A stretch of 64,000 nt of DNA from Spirochaetia bacterium (GCA_965198005.1 CBDAOI010000004.1:1568001-1632000), one strand, 5' to 3'. Positions 19,841-30,772 are shown, counted from the first letter of the stretch. Notes: generated from the letters alone by a model not told the origin. A program made the numbers and translations.

Positions 19841-21655
19841 CTAACGACCCATGGCGTTCTTCAGCTCACTATCGATCCAGATCCGGGCTTGGACGGTATT
19901 ACGTTCACCCCATCCCATTCCTGCTTCACCGAAATAACCCTCGACCCACGGCTGGCTCACGGAAAACTTAGGGGACTTGGATTTGACTAGGCCCCAGTGC
20001 TCCCTCACAGTGATCTCATCGGCCTGTCTCAAAAGACTCCTATACTCCTCCATGTCGGTAGTTTCTTGGGAGGCAAGATACAGGGCGTCCATACGCGGGT
20101 CCTTCGCTTTGTTGTAGCTCCAGCCAAAGTTTTGGCTAATCCCCTTCATGGGGTTCCAAGTGGTGACGCCGCTGCCGCCATTATATCCCCCTTGCACTAG
20201 CGCCCACTCGTGCGTGTCCGCGCTATTGTCAGCGTTATGCTCAGCGATAGTCTGCGGAACAAGCTCGCCTTCAACGCCAATGGCGTCGAAGTACCCCATG
20301 ATGAGTTCTGCATAGTCTGTGGTGTACCTCTCAAAGGCCCTTACCTTGAGCTTGAATCTATAGCCGTCGGCGCCGCGGGGATACCCGGCCTCATCAAGGA
20401 GCTCCTCGGCCCTTTCGGGGTTATAGGTATATTCTTGCTTGACCTCCTCGGGCCACTCTTCATATGGCCAGGCCCACCCTTCTTCAAGATCTTGTCTCAT
20501 TAACCCGGCAGGCGCTGGATCTCCATAACCCTTAAAGAAGCTGGCGGAATTTACCTCGCGGTCCACTGACATCTGCAGTGCCTTGCGCACAATGGGGTCG
20601 TCAGTGGGCGGCAAAGCCCAGTTAAAAACGAAAACGCCGGCCGGTGCCCCAAGAAAGGGCCACACCTCGATTTCAGGGTTGGTCCGCTCGAGGGTCTCCA
20701 AATCGTCGACATTGTATATCCAAGAGTCGCCGAAGTTACCCATCACATCAATCTTACCCGTGCGGAATGCCGCCAGACGTGCCGACATCTCTCGCATCAT
20801 CAGGGACCTTAACTCGTCAATATAGGGGAGACGGTTCTCCGGGAATTTTTCGTCGTAGCCCCAGTAGTTAGGATTCTTCTCCCAGGTTACAGAGCTGCCG
20901 TCCACGTACTCAGTCAGTCTCCAGGGCCCGGTGCCGACCAGATTGCTCCAGTCCTTAGCGTCTCCGTATTTCTCGATTACCTCGGGAGCGTACGCAACCC
21001 AGTAGGGGTTGAGCAGTTTCCCCAGCACATCGAGGGTAGGCTCCGTCAGCTTCATAACAACCGTCCATTTGTCGGTGGCAGTTACCGATTCGAGACCTAC
21101 ACCCCAGGTGGTAGCAAATGTATGGGCGCTAGGTCCGGCCTCGGTGAAATCGCCCAGACCGAAATAGCGGTGATAGTTGTGTTCGACGTCATAGGCATCG
21201 AACTCCCGACCGTTCACCGGCTCCTTATCGTCCCAGTAAACGCCCTTGCGGATGTTCCAGATGAACGTTGTGTCGTCGGGCATTGACCAGCTTTCAGCCA
21301 GAGCCCCTCGAGTCATCTCTGGGCTCACAATGGCGTAGTCTCTACCGTTCCATATGTCCCTGGATAGTCCCCAGTCGGCGAACGCTAGCCTCTCAGTAAC
21401 ACCACCGACGAAATGATGCGCCCAGCCACTAACCCACCAATGGTCAGCATTTTCAGGATACGCCGTAGCGGCCCACGTGAGTGTGCCGCCGTACTCCGGC
21501 GCGGTCCACGTCATACCGGTGGCGGGGTCGAACACCGTCTCTTTGTCGGCAGCGGCTCCCGGTGCCTCTTCTGTGCCACCGCCGGCCCAGAGGCCGGTTG
21601 CGGTCAGAACTAGGACCAACGCAATCGCGAAGGTCCTTGAAAAAAATAGCTTCAT
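19841..21655 (-). CDS. Family-5 ABC substrate-binding protein, operon 2
   Basis: Signal peptide, APEYGGTLT, LAESW, GTGPW, YNPERAEELLDEAGY. Confidence 0.95.
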   Translation of the reverse strand: MKLFFSRTFAIALVLVLTATGLWAGGGTEEAPGAAADKETVFDPATGMTWTAPEYGGTLTWAATAYPENADHWWVSGWAHHFVGGVTERLAFADWGLSRDIWNGRDYAIVSPEMTRGALAESWSMPDDTTFIWNIRKGVYWDDKEPVNGREFDAYDVEHNYHRYFGLGDFTEAGPSAHTFATTWGVGLESVTATDKWTVVMKLTEPTLDVLGKLLNPYWVAYAPEVIEKYGDAKDWSNLVGTGPWRLTEYVDGSSVTWEKNPNYWGYDEKFPENRLPYIDELRSLMMREMSARLAAFRTGKIDVMGNFGDSWIYNVDDLETLERTNPEIEVWPFLGAPAGVFVFNWALPPTDDPIVRKALQMSVDREVNSASFFKGYGDPAPAGLMRQDLEEGWAWPYEEWPEEVKQEYTYNPERAEELLDEAGYPRGADGYRFKLKVRAFERYTTDYAELIMGYFDAIGVEGELVPQTIAEHNADNSADTHEWALVQGGYNGGSGVTTWNPMKGISQNFGWSYNKAKDPRMDALYLASQETTDMEEYRSLLRQADEITVREHWGLVKSKSPKFSVSQPWVEGYFGEAGMGWGERNTVQARIWIDSELKNAMGR

Positions 21656-21679
21656 CGTTTCTTCCTTCAAAGTTATCTT

Positions 21680-22260
21680 GAGAGTATTGCGTAGCGGATT
21701 GCCGCTCCCTGGCTACTCTGACGCCCGCAACCGCGGGCGCGCCCGGCAACGCGGACGGCCAGTCTGAGTCAATTTGTGAAGCGGGCGGCGTGTGACTCAC
21801 CGGGTTCACCCGGGCTCACGCCGCGCGCGCGTGCGGTTCTTTGAGTATCATCTTCACCTCCTTCTTGGGGCACAGGGTGCCCTGCCAGATGGCTGACGTA
21901 AGATGGGATCCGCGTGCGCGGCCCATCATGCAAACGCCCACCGCTCGGCGGACGTCGGGACCTGCGTCACAACGCCACGCGGGGCGGTGGTCGGCCGAGC
22001 AACGAATGTGTTTGGCCGGCGACGTCGGCGGTCGGTTCTGTGACGGTGAGTTGGGGGGCGGGGATCCAGGACCGTTGCGGTCGTAGCCGGCCGCTACCCC
22101 GGTGCTGAAGGCGACGGCGTGCGCGGGGTCGCGTACGGGGCGATCAGCCGGAGCGGTTAGTTGATTCTCGGTTCGAAAAAGTACGGGGGGGGGGGGGGGG
22201 GGGGGGGGGGGGTATGATGCACCGGTCGCGTCACAGCGAACCGGTCACTGCGCTTACGCC
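21680..22260 (-). repeat. Type-A leader of operon 2, including G28 tract at 22185-22212
   Basis: Near-identical to ~29832-30390 and ~40802-41360. Confidence 0.95.
21816..21851 (-). CDS. Leader uORF MILKEPHARAA
   Basis: AAGGAGGTG Shine-Dalgarno; conserved in four copies with synonymous changes. Confidence 0.6.
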   Translation of the reverse strand: MILKEPHARAA

Positions 22261-22745
22261 ATCCTGGCGCGTCATCGTGACGCTTCATGACCATCCGTCG
22301 AACCCCAAGTGAGGCACGCTAGCATAGGCGCGGCGCGCCGTCAACGACTCGTGGGGGTCACCGGGGTGAGCGAAGGTCACCGCCAACCCGTCACTGGACG
22401 TCGTCATGGCGCTTCATCACCGTTCCGTCGAACCCCAAGCGAGGCAAGCTAGCATAGGCGCGGCGCGCCGTCAACGACTCGTGGGGGTCACCGTGAGCAG
22501 GTCACCGCCACCCGTCACCGCGCTGACTGTCGTCATGGCGCTTCATCACCGATCCGTCGAACCCCACGCGATGCAAGCTTGCTATGGACGCGGCCAGCCT
22601 GTCAACGACTCGGAGGTCACCGAGGTCACCGACCGTGACCGCCAACTGGCCACTGCGCTGGCGGTCGTCGTGGCGCTTCATCCTCATCGACTCTAACCCC
22701 TAACGGTGCAGTCTCTCGCGAGCGCGGCGACCCTGTCAACAGCGC
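22261..22745 (-). promoter_or_regulatory. Four tandem ~130-bp promoter-bearing repeats
   Basis: Minus-strand TTGACG-17-TAGCGT (22344), TTGACG-17-TAGCTT (22474), TTGACA-18-CAAGCT (22605), TTGACA with weak -10 (22739). Confidence 0.7.
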
Positions 22746-23038
22746 CGACCCGTGGGGTGCGCGCGAACGAAATTTGCGTTGCCGACCGGCAACGCGCGGT
22801 GTCACGCCGGACGAGCGGTGACCTTCACACGTGGCTCCATCCGTAGCGCCACGGGTGGCATGCAGCTCCCGGCCCGCGACAGGACGTCGTGGGCTGGGAG
22901 CCCGTTAGCTGTTCCGGAGGCGCGCCCGGAACGCACCCGACCAGGTCGACGAGCGCCGGGCTGGGTATGGGCGTGACCTGGCCGGTCAGCTCGAAGCGGC
23001 GCCTGGGCACCGCAGACCCAGTCGGCGAAGTGTACCGA
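22743..23038 (+). repeat. Boundary repeat R2, upstream of operon 2
   Basis: Matches the other R2 copies. Confidence 0.9.
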
Positions 23039-23121
23039 GAAGGACGCCACGGTACTCGCCCGGGCGACCGACGACCGCACCGAAATCCGCGAGGGCCGCC
23101 TCTCAGCTAGTTGCTTCGAAA

Positions 23122-23239
23122 TCAGGTACGACGCTGCCAGCGACGCGGATCTCGCCTGGCGTGCATGCATGCGACGACGACAATAGTGTCGCCATAGATG
23201 CGGTAGAAGAGCCCGTAAGGAAACCGCTGTGGGATTAGA
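23122..23239 (-). pseudogene. 3' fragment of RelE/ParE toxin, near-identical to 31494-31611, cut by IS1634
   Basis: LIPQRFPYGLFYRIYGDTIVVVACMHARRDPRRWQRRT*. Confidence 0.9.
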
Positions 23240-25216
23240 CCGAAGTTCCAGAGGATGATTGTTAGGTAAGTTGCGTGATAACATATAGTTACGTGCAATT
23301 TCTCAGGTGCCGTGCGTGGCTACATCCGAGGCGTGAATCCCCAGTAGTTCGAAGCAGCGCTGCTGCACGGGCGTCGGCTGCGTCAGTAACTGGAAGGCGC
23401 CGCCACCCTCTGCAACCTGCATTGTGTTCGCTGTCAGCGTGCCTAACACGCTGATCAGCCCACGAAAACTGTGCACCGGCAGATCATCTGCGGTGCGCTT
23501 GCTGGACGCTTTCGCCTGTGCCGCCGGCGACCGCACCGCCGGGCGCACCACCGACGACCGTTGCCGTTCCCCCGCCTCCGGATCGTGGTCATCGAACAGC
23601 ACCGGCGCCAAGGTGCCGCGCATGTGCCACTCCACGTAGTAGGCCAGCATACACAACAGCACGTGCGCCCGTACCCGCTCAGCCCGCCGATGGTAGATCG
23701 GACGCACCTTCAGATCCACCGTCTTCATACTCCGGAACGCGCGCTCCACCTTGGACAGGTCCTTGTACGCCCGCACCGTCTGATCGGCGTCGAACAGCTC
23801 GGGCTCGACGTTGGAGCGCACGATGTACCGCCCATCGAGTTCTTCTTCGGCCGCGATCTTCTCCTGGTCACGCACAAACGTGAATGAGGTCTCGGTGATC
23901 TCGGTGATGAAATGCTTGGCCACCTTGTGCTGGTTGATCACCTTGCCCACCCGGATGCCGATCTCACCGGCGCCGCGCAGCGGATCGTTGGCGCGCTGCG
24001 TGGCAGTCACGATGGAGGCCAGTTTCTCTTCGGTGGCGGCCAACAACTCCAGCCGCTTGCGCCGCCGTTGCTCGGCCAACACCGGGTTGCGGCACACGAC
24101 CAGCCGTTCGCCGGGAAAGTCGGGACTGCTGATCTCCGCCAAGTCACGTTCGTCGAACAACGTCGGCGTCACGCTCCCGGCCGCGATCAGCTTGCGGATG
24201 GTGGGCGCGCGCAAGGTCGTGATCCAGCGCAGCCCGTCGATTCCCTGCAGATCCTCCCGGATGCGCGCGCCAGTGAGCATGCCGCGGTCGCCCACCAGCA
24301 CCACCCGCTGCAACCCGAAGCGCCTGCGAATCTTGTCCACCTGCGCGGCGACCGTCTTCGGGTCGCTGGTCGAGCCCTCGAATACCTCGACCGCCACCGG
24401 ACAGCCGGCTGCCGTGCACAGCAGCCCGAACACGATCTGCAAGGTGCCGCGCTTGCCGTCGCGGCTGTGACCGCGCTGCGCCAACGGACAGGTGTGTCCC
24501 TCGAAATAGCTGGAGGCAAGGTCATACAACATCAGCGTGTTGTCACTCAGGTGGCGCTGTGCCAAGCGGTTCTCGATCCCCTGCTGGCGCCGTACCAGCC
24601 AGTCCATCGCTTGGTACAACTCATTCTCATCGACCGCGCCTAACCCCAGCAGTTGGCCCAGGGTGGACACTGCGGTCTCGGCGGACAGCGCGCTGGCGGT
24701 GGCCAGTTTGGAGCGGGCGTCGATCACGCGGGCGACGATCATGGCGATCACCAGACCGCGCATGCGGCTGGCAGGACGGGCGATGAGGGTGTGCAGACCG
24801 AGCTGCTTGAGGGTGCCGAGGACGGCGGCCACGTGACCATGGGCGTAGCTGCGCACGCAGGTGAAGGCGGCATCGGGATTGACGAGGGGTTCGCCTTTGA
24901 GAGCTCTGCGGATGAGATCGATGACGCGGCTGGGGAGGTGGGAGATGTTACCGAGGGTTTCGTGCTTGACCTTGCCGTCCTGGCGGAAGGTTCTGCGCAG
25001 CAAATGGGTGTGGTAGGTCTTGTTGTTGTGGCGGCGGGTGGTGGTGGCTACATGGACTGCACCGTTTCTGGTTGGCATCGTTGATAGAGTACACACAACA
25101 GCGAAATAAGTCAATGCCATTGGGGGTAAACTCGTGGCTACACATTGCACGGTCACAAAGCCACTAATTACTTGTATGTAAAGTAATTAACCCAGATTTT
25201 CCGTCTGGAACTTCGG
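23240..25216 (-). mobile_element. IS1634-family insertion sequence
   Basis: 13-bp IRs CCGAAGTTCCAGA / TCTGGAACTTCGG; ATTAGA direct repeat at 23234-23239 and 25217-25222. Confidence 0.9.
23303..25078 (-). CDS. IS1634-family DDE transposase
   Basis: YDLASSYFEG, GHSRDGK, VGDRGM, YKDLSKVERAFRSMK, RPIYHR. Confidence 0.95.
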   Translation of the reverse strand: MPTRNGAVHVATTTRRHNNKTYHTHLLRRTFRQDGKVKHETLGNISHLPSRVIDLIRRALKGEPLVNPDAAFTCVRSYAHGHVAAVLGTLKQLGLHTLIARPASRMRGLVIAMIVARVIDARSKLATASALSAETAVSTLGQLLGLGAVDENELYQAMDWLVRRQQGIENRLAQRHLSDNTLMLYDLASSYFEGHTCPLAQRGHSRDGKRGTLQIVFGLLCTAAGCPVAVEVFEGSTSDPKTVAAQVDKIRRRFGLQRVVLVGDRGMLTGARIREDLQGIDGLRWITTLRAPTIRKLIAAGSVTPTLFDERDLAEISSPDFPGERLVVCRNPVLAEQRRRKRLELLAATEEKLASIVTATQRANDPLRGAGEIGIRVGKVINQHKVAKHFITEITETSFTFVRDQEKIAAEEELDGRYIVRSNVEPELFDADQTVRAYKDLSKVERAFRSMKTVDLKVRPIYHRRAERVRAHVLLCMLAYYVEWHMRGTLAPVLFDDHDPEAGERQRSSVVRPAVRSPAAQAKASSKRTADDLPVHSFRGLISVLGTLTANTMQVAEGGGAFQLLTQPTPVQQRCFELLGIHASDVATHGT

Positions 25217-25238
25217 ATTAGACTTAAATGATCAATCA

Positions 25239-25547
25239 TTGATTGCGAACTACTCCACTCTTCATGGTATCCGGGATCTTCGGAACTTGCTGGCTCACGA
25301 AGTATCAGAGACAACCACGTGGCACAGCTTCAACACCGATCTTGGCGTCGTCGAAAATGAACTCCAGCATCTCGGCTTCGTCGGGGATCGTCCAGAATAT
25401 AAATACTTCGGTGAACGCTCTGCGATACGCGGGAGCGATGAGCCCGGCATCGCATTTGTGCAGGATTTTCGATTTGGAATCAAATGCAATGATCGCGTGA
25501 CCATGGAAATCTCGTTCACACGAAAGACACACAATGCTGGAGATTAG
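25239..25547 (+). CDS. Hypothetical protein or fragment in low-GC DNA
   Basis: 102-aa ORF with a HEPN-like RNLLAH motif; probably 5'-truncated by the IS. Confidence 0.4.
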   Translation: MIANYSTLHGIRDLRNLLAHEVSETTTWHSFNTDLGVVENELQHLGFVGDRPEYKYFGERSAIRGSDEPGIAFVQDFRFGIKCNDRVTMEISFTRKTHNAGD

Positions 25548-25808
25548 GTGGGCGTTTATCATTATGCCTTCTATGCGTTCACGAGCCGATAATTTCGCGA
25601 TAATTGACGCGTTTTCGTAATGATCGCTCCAGGATGATACATTGGCAGAGATTTCACAACCTCCGTTATCTTGTGTCGCCGAGAACATCATCAAACGGAG
25701 TCCCGCACTTCCTCTGAGGGGCCAATCGATATAGGTTATTCCTGGAACTGCCTGCCATGTATCTGCCTTCTCGGGATTTTGGGGATCATGTCGGGAATTA
25801 AGAAGATT

Positions 25809-26729
25809 TTACGCTCTTTCCTGCATACGCTCGACGCCACCTCTCAGCCTCGGGTCAAGCAGGTCCCTCACGGCATCGCCGAACATGTTTAGACTCCAAA
25901 CGGTAATCGTCAGGGCAAGACCCGGCCAGAGAGCCAGGTGTGGCGCTATATCCATGAACCTACGTCCTTCCTGGCTGAGCAGACCACCCCAATCAGGAAT
26001 CTCGGGAGGCAGACCGAATCCGAGGAAGCCCAGAGAAGCCAAAGTCAGGATTACGTCTCCTATACGCATGCTGAATGAAATGATTATGATAGGCATCACA
26101 TTGGGTATGACATGTCGCAGAAATGGTCTAAATCTTGAGCTGCCAATCGCCTCCGCCGCCTCAAAATACACATTCTCCTTAATGCCAATGACGGCGCTTC
26201 GGATTACTCTACTGCCGCCGATGCCTCCTGATATGGCCAGAACCAGTATTATCTGTGGCAAACCCCTTCCCACTATGGACATTACGGTTAACAACAGGAG
26301 CAGTCCCGGGAAACTAATCCAGGTATCAACAAATCTCTGCACACCCAGGTCCAGTTTACCACCAAAGAATCCTGAGATGCCGCCTATCAGGGTACTGAGC
26401 ACAACATTAAGTGTGGTCACTGTCAGACCGATAAGTACGGAAATACGAGCCCCATAGATAATGCGGCTCAAGAAGTCTCGCCCCAGCTGGTCAGTACCCA
26501 GGAGATACTTGGCTGATGAACCCTGAAGCCTGTCTACCAGGTGTAATTCATCATACGGATAAGGGGTCAAAACACCGCCAAAGATAGCCACAAAAATCAA
26601 TATCAATAAGATAATCCCGCAGGCAGTACCCAGTGGCTTCTTCTTCCATAGCCTGATAAAGAAATCAGCCAGCCTTTTACGTATCTTTGGTTCGCTTACT
26701 GCTGATGGTGTCCCTGTGCCGTCACTCAT
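25809..26729 (-). CDS. dppC: DppC-type ABC permease, operon 3
   Basis: LLGTDQLGRD, RHVIPN, DLLDPR. Confidence 0.95.
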   Translation of the reverse strand: MSDGTGTPSAVSEPKIRKRLADFFIRLWKKKPLGTACGIILLILIFVAIFGGVLTPYPYDELHLVDRLQGSSAKYLLGTDQLGRDFLSRIIYGARISVLIGLTVTTLNVVLSTLIGGISGFFGGKLDLGVQRFVDTWISFPGLLLLLTVMSIVGRGLPQIILVLAISGGIGGSRVIRSAVIGIKENVYFEAAEAIGSSRFRPFLRHVIPNVMPIIIISFSMRIGDVILTLASLGFLGFGLPPEIPDWGGLLSQEGRRFMDIAPHLALWPGLALTITVWSLNMFGDAVRDLLDPRLRGGVERMQERA

Positions 26730-26747
26730 ATTCCCGATATTCCTCCC

Positions 26748-27776
26748 TTATCTATAACGGACCCTGGGGTCTAAATAGGGATAAATCATGTCGGTAAGTA
26801 GAATGGCCAACATAGTTATGCCGCCGAAAAACAGGTTTACTCCGGAAATCACCGGGTAGTCTCTAAGACTGAGTGCCTCCAGAAAGAAACGACCTAACCC
26901 CGGCAGGTTGAATATGCTCTCTATGATAACTGAGCCACCTACCAGCAGGGGCAAAGACCCACCTACCAGGGTAACTACCGGGATGATTGCATTCTTCATG
27001 GCGTGTCTGATAATGACTACCCTCTCCTTGAGACCCTTGGACCAGGCCGTCCTGATATAGTCCTGCCTGAGCACCTCCAGCATCATGGTGCGCGTCAACC
27101 GCATTGTGCCGGCAGCCATGCCCGTCCCCAGAATCAGGCTGGGAATGATGAACACCCCGAGATTCCCCAGCGGGTCTTCCACGAAAGGAACCCACGTCAT
27201 CGGTGGCGACCATTTCCACCAGATTGCCGGGTATACCATGACCATAAGTGCCAGCCAGAAGTTGGGCGCTGCCATGCCGATGATAGCGACGGTGCGCCCC
27301 GTGTAGTCGGCGGCGGTATCCTGGCGAATCGCCGAGTAGATGCCGACTGGCAGGGCTATCACTAGCCCGATTACGATTGCCATGACGCCAAGCTCAATGG
27401 TTACCGGGAGTTTACGTAATATCCTCTCCTCTATCGAAAGAGATGAAGCCGGCGAGGTTGAGAAGTATTCGCCACGCTCAAACAGTGATTCGCCAAAGGT
27501 GCCCTGGAGGAGACCTTTGAAGTGGGACTCACCGGTAAACCAGTCAGGGGTCGGCAACACTCCTATCCAGCGTCCATACTGCACGTAGACAGGCACGTCT
27601 AATCCCAGCTGATGCTCAAGAGCTTCACGGTCAATATCGTATCCGAACTCCATCCGAGCCGCCATTGCGTCTATTACATCGCCCGGGATGAAGCGGACCG
27701 AGAGAAAGACTATGGTACTCAATATAAACAAGGAGGGGATTATCAGCAATAACCGCCTGATGAGATAGGCTCTCAT
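26748..27776 (-). CDS. dppB: DppB-type ABC permease, operon 3
   Basis: MRAYLIRRLL, QDYIRTAWSKGL, RDYP. Confidence 0.95.
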   Translation of the reverse strand: MRAYLIRRLLLIIPSLFILSTIVFLSVRFIPGDVIDAMAARMEFGYDIDREALEHQLGLDVPVYVQYGRWIGVLPTPDWFTGESHFKGLLQGTFGESLFERGEYFSTSPASSLSIEERILRKLPVTIELGVMAIVIGLVIALPVGIYSAIRQDTAADYTGRTVAIIGMAAPNFWLALMVMVYPAIWWKWSPPMTWVPFVEDPLGNLGVFIIPSLILGTGMAAGTMRLTRTMMLEVLRQDYIRTAWSKGLKERVVIIRHAMKNAIIPVVTLVGGSLPLLVGGSVIIESIFNLPGLGRFFLEALSLRDYPVISGVNLFFGGITMLAILLTDMIYPYLDPRVRYR

Positions 27777-27789
27777 GTCACACTACTCC

Positions 27790-27976
27790 TTGTCATTGCG
27801 AGCCCCCCCCCCCCGTCATTCCCGCGAAAGCGGGAATGCATAGTAATTTCAAATGGTTGCGTTTTCTGGATTCCGGGTCTTCGCCCGGAATGACAGTGAG
27901 AAAGCGCCCCTCTCATTATTTGAGGAGTATCGGGAGCTGGGAAGCGCGCCTGCAGGCGACAGCCTCCCAGCTCCCC
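27790..27976. repeat. REP-like palindromes and post-SBP hairpin
   Basis: gtcattcccgcgaaagcgggaat...ttccgggtcttcgcccggaatgac, a C-run, and gggagctggga...tcccagctccc. Confidence 0.7.
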
Positions 27977-27996
27977 TTTTCCCTGAGCTAAGCCAC

Positions 27997-29807
27997 CTAA
28001 TAACCCATGGCTTCCTTCATCTCGGAATCAATCCAGAGGCGGGCCCATAACTGACCATAACGCTGCCCCCAACCCAGCTGGAATTCACCGTTGTAGCCTA
28101 CGAGCCACGGCTGGTTCACGTTAAACATTGGGACTTTGAAGTACCATACGTAGTAATGGTTCTTAATCATGTACGCATCCGCCTCTTTCAGTCGCCTCTG
28201 CTGGTCCTCCAAGGTGGTAGCGGCTTCGGCGGCTTCAATCAAGCTATCAAGATGCTCGTCCTGTACTCCCGGTATGTTAACCGTTCCTTCCGAGTGACCA
28301 AAAGCGCGCATCATCCACATGGGGTCTCCATGATCGAACCCCAACATCGCCGATGTCATACCTTCGTAGCTATGGTCACGTGAAATAGCTTGCCAATGAC
28401 CAGAGGTGTCGACGGGTACATTTACCTCTACATCAACGCCAATCGCAGCCCAGTAGTCGGCAGCTATTTCTGAAAGGCTTGTGTCCCCTAACGCCACCCC
28501 AAACTGCGTCTGGGTGGTCTTGAATCTAATGCCATCCGCACCGCGCGGGTATCCAGCCTCATCAAGCAGCTTCTCGGCCCCTTCCGGGTCATACCTATAG
28601 CCTTTCTTGACCTCTTCGGGCCACTCATCAAATGGGACGAAATAATCCACAACACCGTCACCTATCACCCCCTGAGGTATCCACTTAGCCCGACCCTTGT
28701 AGTAGGCATTGTTGACTGTCTCGAGGTCCTGAGCCATCTGCATTGCCTTGCGCACCCGGATGTCGTCAAAGGGCGACTGACTTACGTTCATGGCAAAAGA
28801 TGTGTAGTCCGACCGAAATTGGTACGGGAGAAACTTGAGTTCGGGGTTGGTCTTCTGGAGGCCATCTACTTGGTCGAGTCTTGTTTCACTGCCGCCACTG
28901 AAACCCATGTAATCAATCTTACCCGTGCGCATTGCCGAAATACGCGTTGCCTCATCTTCCATCATCAGGAGCCTTATCTCGTCAAAATAAGGCAAGCGGT
29001 TCTCCGGGAACTTCTCGTCATAGCCCCAGTAGTCAGGATTCTTGGTCCAGGTGGCAGAGGTCGCCTCGACAACATCAGTCAGCATAAAGGGACCGGTGCC
29101 GACCAGGTTCCTCCAATCGTTAGCGTCCCCGTGTTCCTCGATTACCTCGGGGGGATATATATAAGGATCATAGTTGTTGAAGATAACCGACAGCACCCCG
29201 AGGTATGGCTTCGTCAGCTTAAAAACAACCGTCCAATCGTCGGTAGCCGTTACCGATTCAATTGGCAGGCTCTCATATTTTTGGACAGGTCCAAATTCAC
29301 TCCACTTGCCCAGACCAAAATAGCGGTGCCAGTTGTATTCCACATCCTTGGCAGTTAGCTCCCGACCGTTCATCGGCTCCTTATCGTGCCAGTGAACGCC
29401 CTTGCGGATGTAGAAGACTATCGTTGTGTCGTCGGGCGTTTCCCAGCTTTCCGCCAGCTGCCCTATCATGACCCAGAGAGGTACAGCCGACTAATGTGGT
29501 CATGTACGTCCCTATCTATTCCCCAGTCCGCGATGGATAGCCTCTCGACGACGCCACCCGCCGCAGCTAGGCCGCCGGTGGGTGTGGGATAACTGTCAGT
29601 GTTTTGACCTGTTTGGTATCGGCTGACCCAGGTGAATGTCCCGCCATACTCTGGCGCGGGCACCTCCTTGCCGGTGGTGGGGTCGGTCACGTACTTCTTG
29701 TCGGCGGCCGCTGCCGGCTCCTCTTCTGAGCCAGCGGCCCACAGGCCGGTTGCGCTCAGAATCAGGACCAACGTAATCGCGAAGGTCCTTGCAAAAAATA
29801 TCTTCAT
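27997..29807 (-). pseudogene. Family-5 SBP of operon 3, split by a frameshift near 29470
   Basis: N-terminal ORF (signal peptide, APEYGG) stops at 29466; the rest (GQLAESWE onward) is in another frame. Confidence 0.85.
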
Positions 29808-29831
29808 CGTTTCTTCCTTGAATGTTATTTC

Positions 29832-30390
29832 GAGAGTATTGCGGAGCGACTTGCGCTCCCTGGCTACTCTCATGCCCGCAACAGCGGGCGCGCCCGCCAA
29901 TGCAGACGGCCAGTTTGAGTCAAATGGCTGAAGCGCGCGGCGTGTGACTCACCGGGTTCGCCCGGGCTCACGCCGCGCGCGCGTGCGGTTCTTTCAGTAT
30001 CATCTTCACCTCCTTCTTGGGGCACAGGGTGCCCTGCCAGATGGCTGACGTAAGATGGGATCCGCGTGCGCGCCCCATCATGCAAACGCCCACCGCTCGG
30101 CGGACGTCGGGACCTGCGTCACAACGCCACGCGGGGCGGTGGTCGGCCGAGCAACGAATGTGTTTGGCCGGCGACGTGGGCGGTCGGTTCTGTGACGGTG
30201 AGTTGGGGGGCGGGGATCCAGGACCGTTGCGGTCGTAGCCGGCCGCTACCCCGGTGCTGAAGGCGACGGCGTGCGCGGGGGCACGTAGGGGGCGATCAGC
30301 CGGAGCGGTTAGTTGATTCTCGGTTTGAAAAAGTGGGGGGGGGGTATGATGCACCGGTCGCGTCACAGCGAACCGGTCACTGCGCTTACG
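29832..30390 (-). repeat. Type-A leader of operon 3, including G10 tract at 30335-30344
   Basis: Near-identical to the leaders at 21.7 and 40.8 kb. Confidence 0.95.
29968..30003 (-). CDS. Leader uORF MILKEPHARAA
   Basis: AAGGAGGTG Shine-Dalgarno; conserved. Confidence 0.6.
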   Translation of the reverse strand: MILKEPHARAA

Positions 30391-30772
30391 CCATCCTGGC
30401 GCGTCATCGTGACGCTTCATGACCATCCGTCGAACCCCAGGCGAGGCACGCTAGCATAGGCGCGGCGCGCCGTCAACGACTCGTGGGGGTCACCGAAGGT
30501 CACCGCCAACCCGTCACCGCGCTGTCGCCATCCTGGCGCCTCATGCCATCCTGGCACGTCATCATGGCAGTTCATCACCGATCCGTCGAACCCCACGCGA
30601 CGCAAGCTTGCTATGGACGCGGCCAGCCTGTCAACGACTCGGAGGTCACCGAGGTCACCGACCGTGACCGCCAACTGGCCACTGCGCTGGCGGTCGTCGT
30701 GGCGCTTCATCCTCATCGACTCTAACCCGGAACGGTGCACTCTCTCGCGAGCGCGGCCACCCTGTCAACAGC
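30391..30772 (-). promoter_or_regulatory. Three tandem promoter-bearing repeats
   Basis: Minus-strand TTGAC(G/A) starting at 30476, 30634 and 30768. Confidence 0.7.

Noticed and set aside
29968-30426. Long ORFs across the leaders and repeats (also 40939-41385, 21841-22086)
   Set aside because: Frames differ between near-identical copies; only the Shine-Dalgarno-led last 11 codons are consistently conserved.
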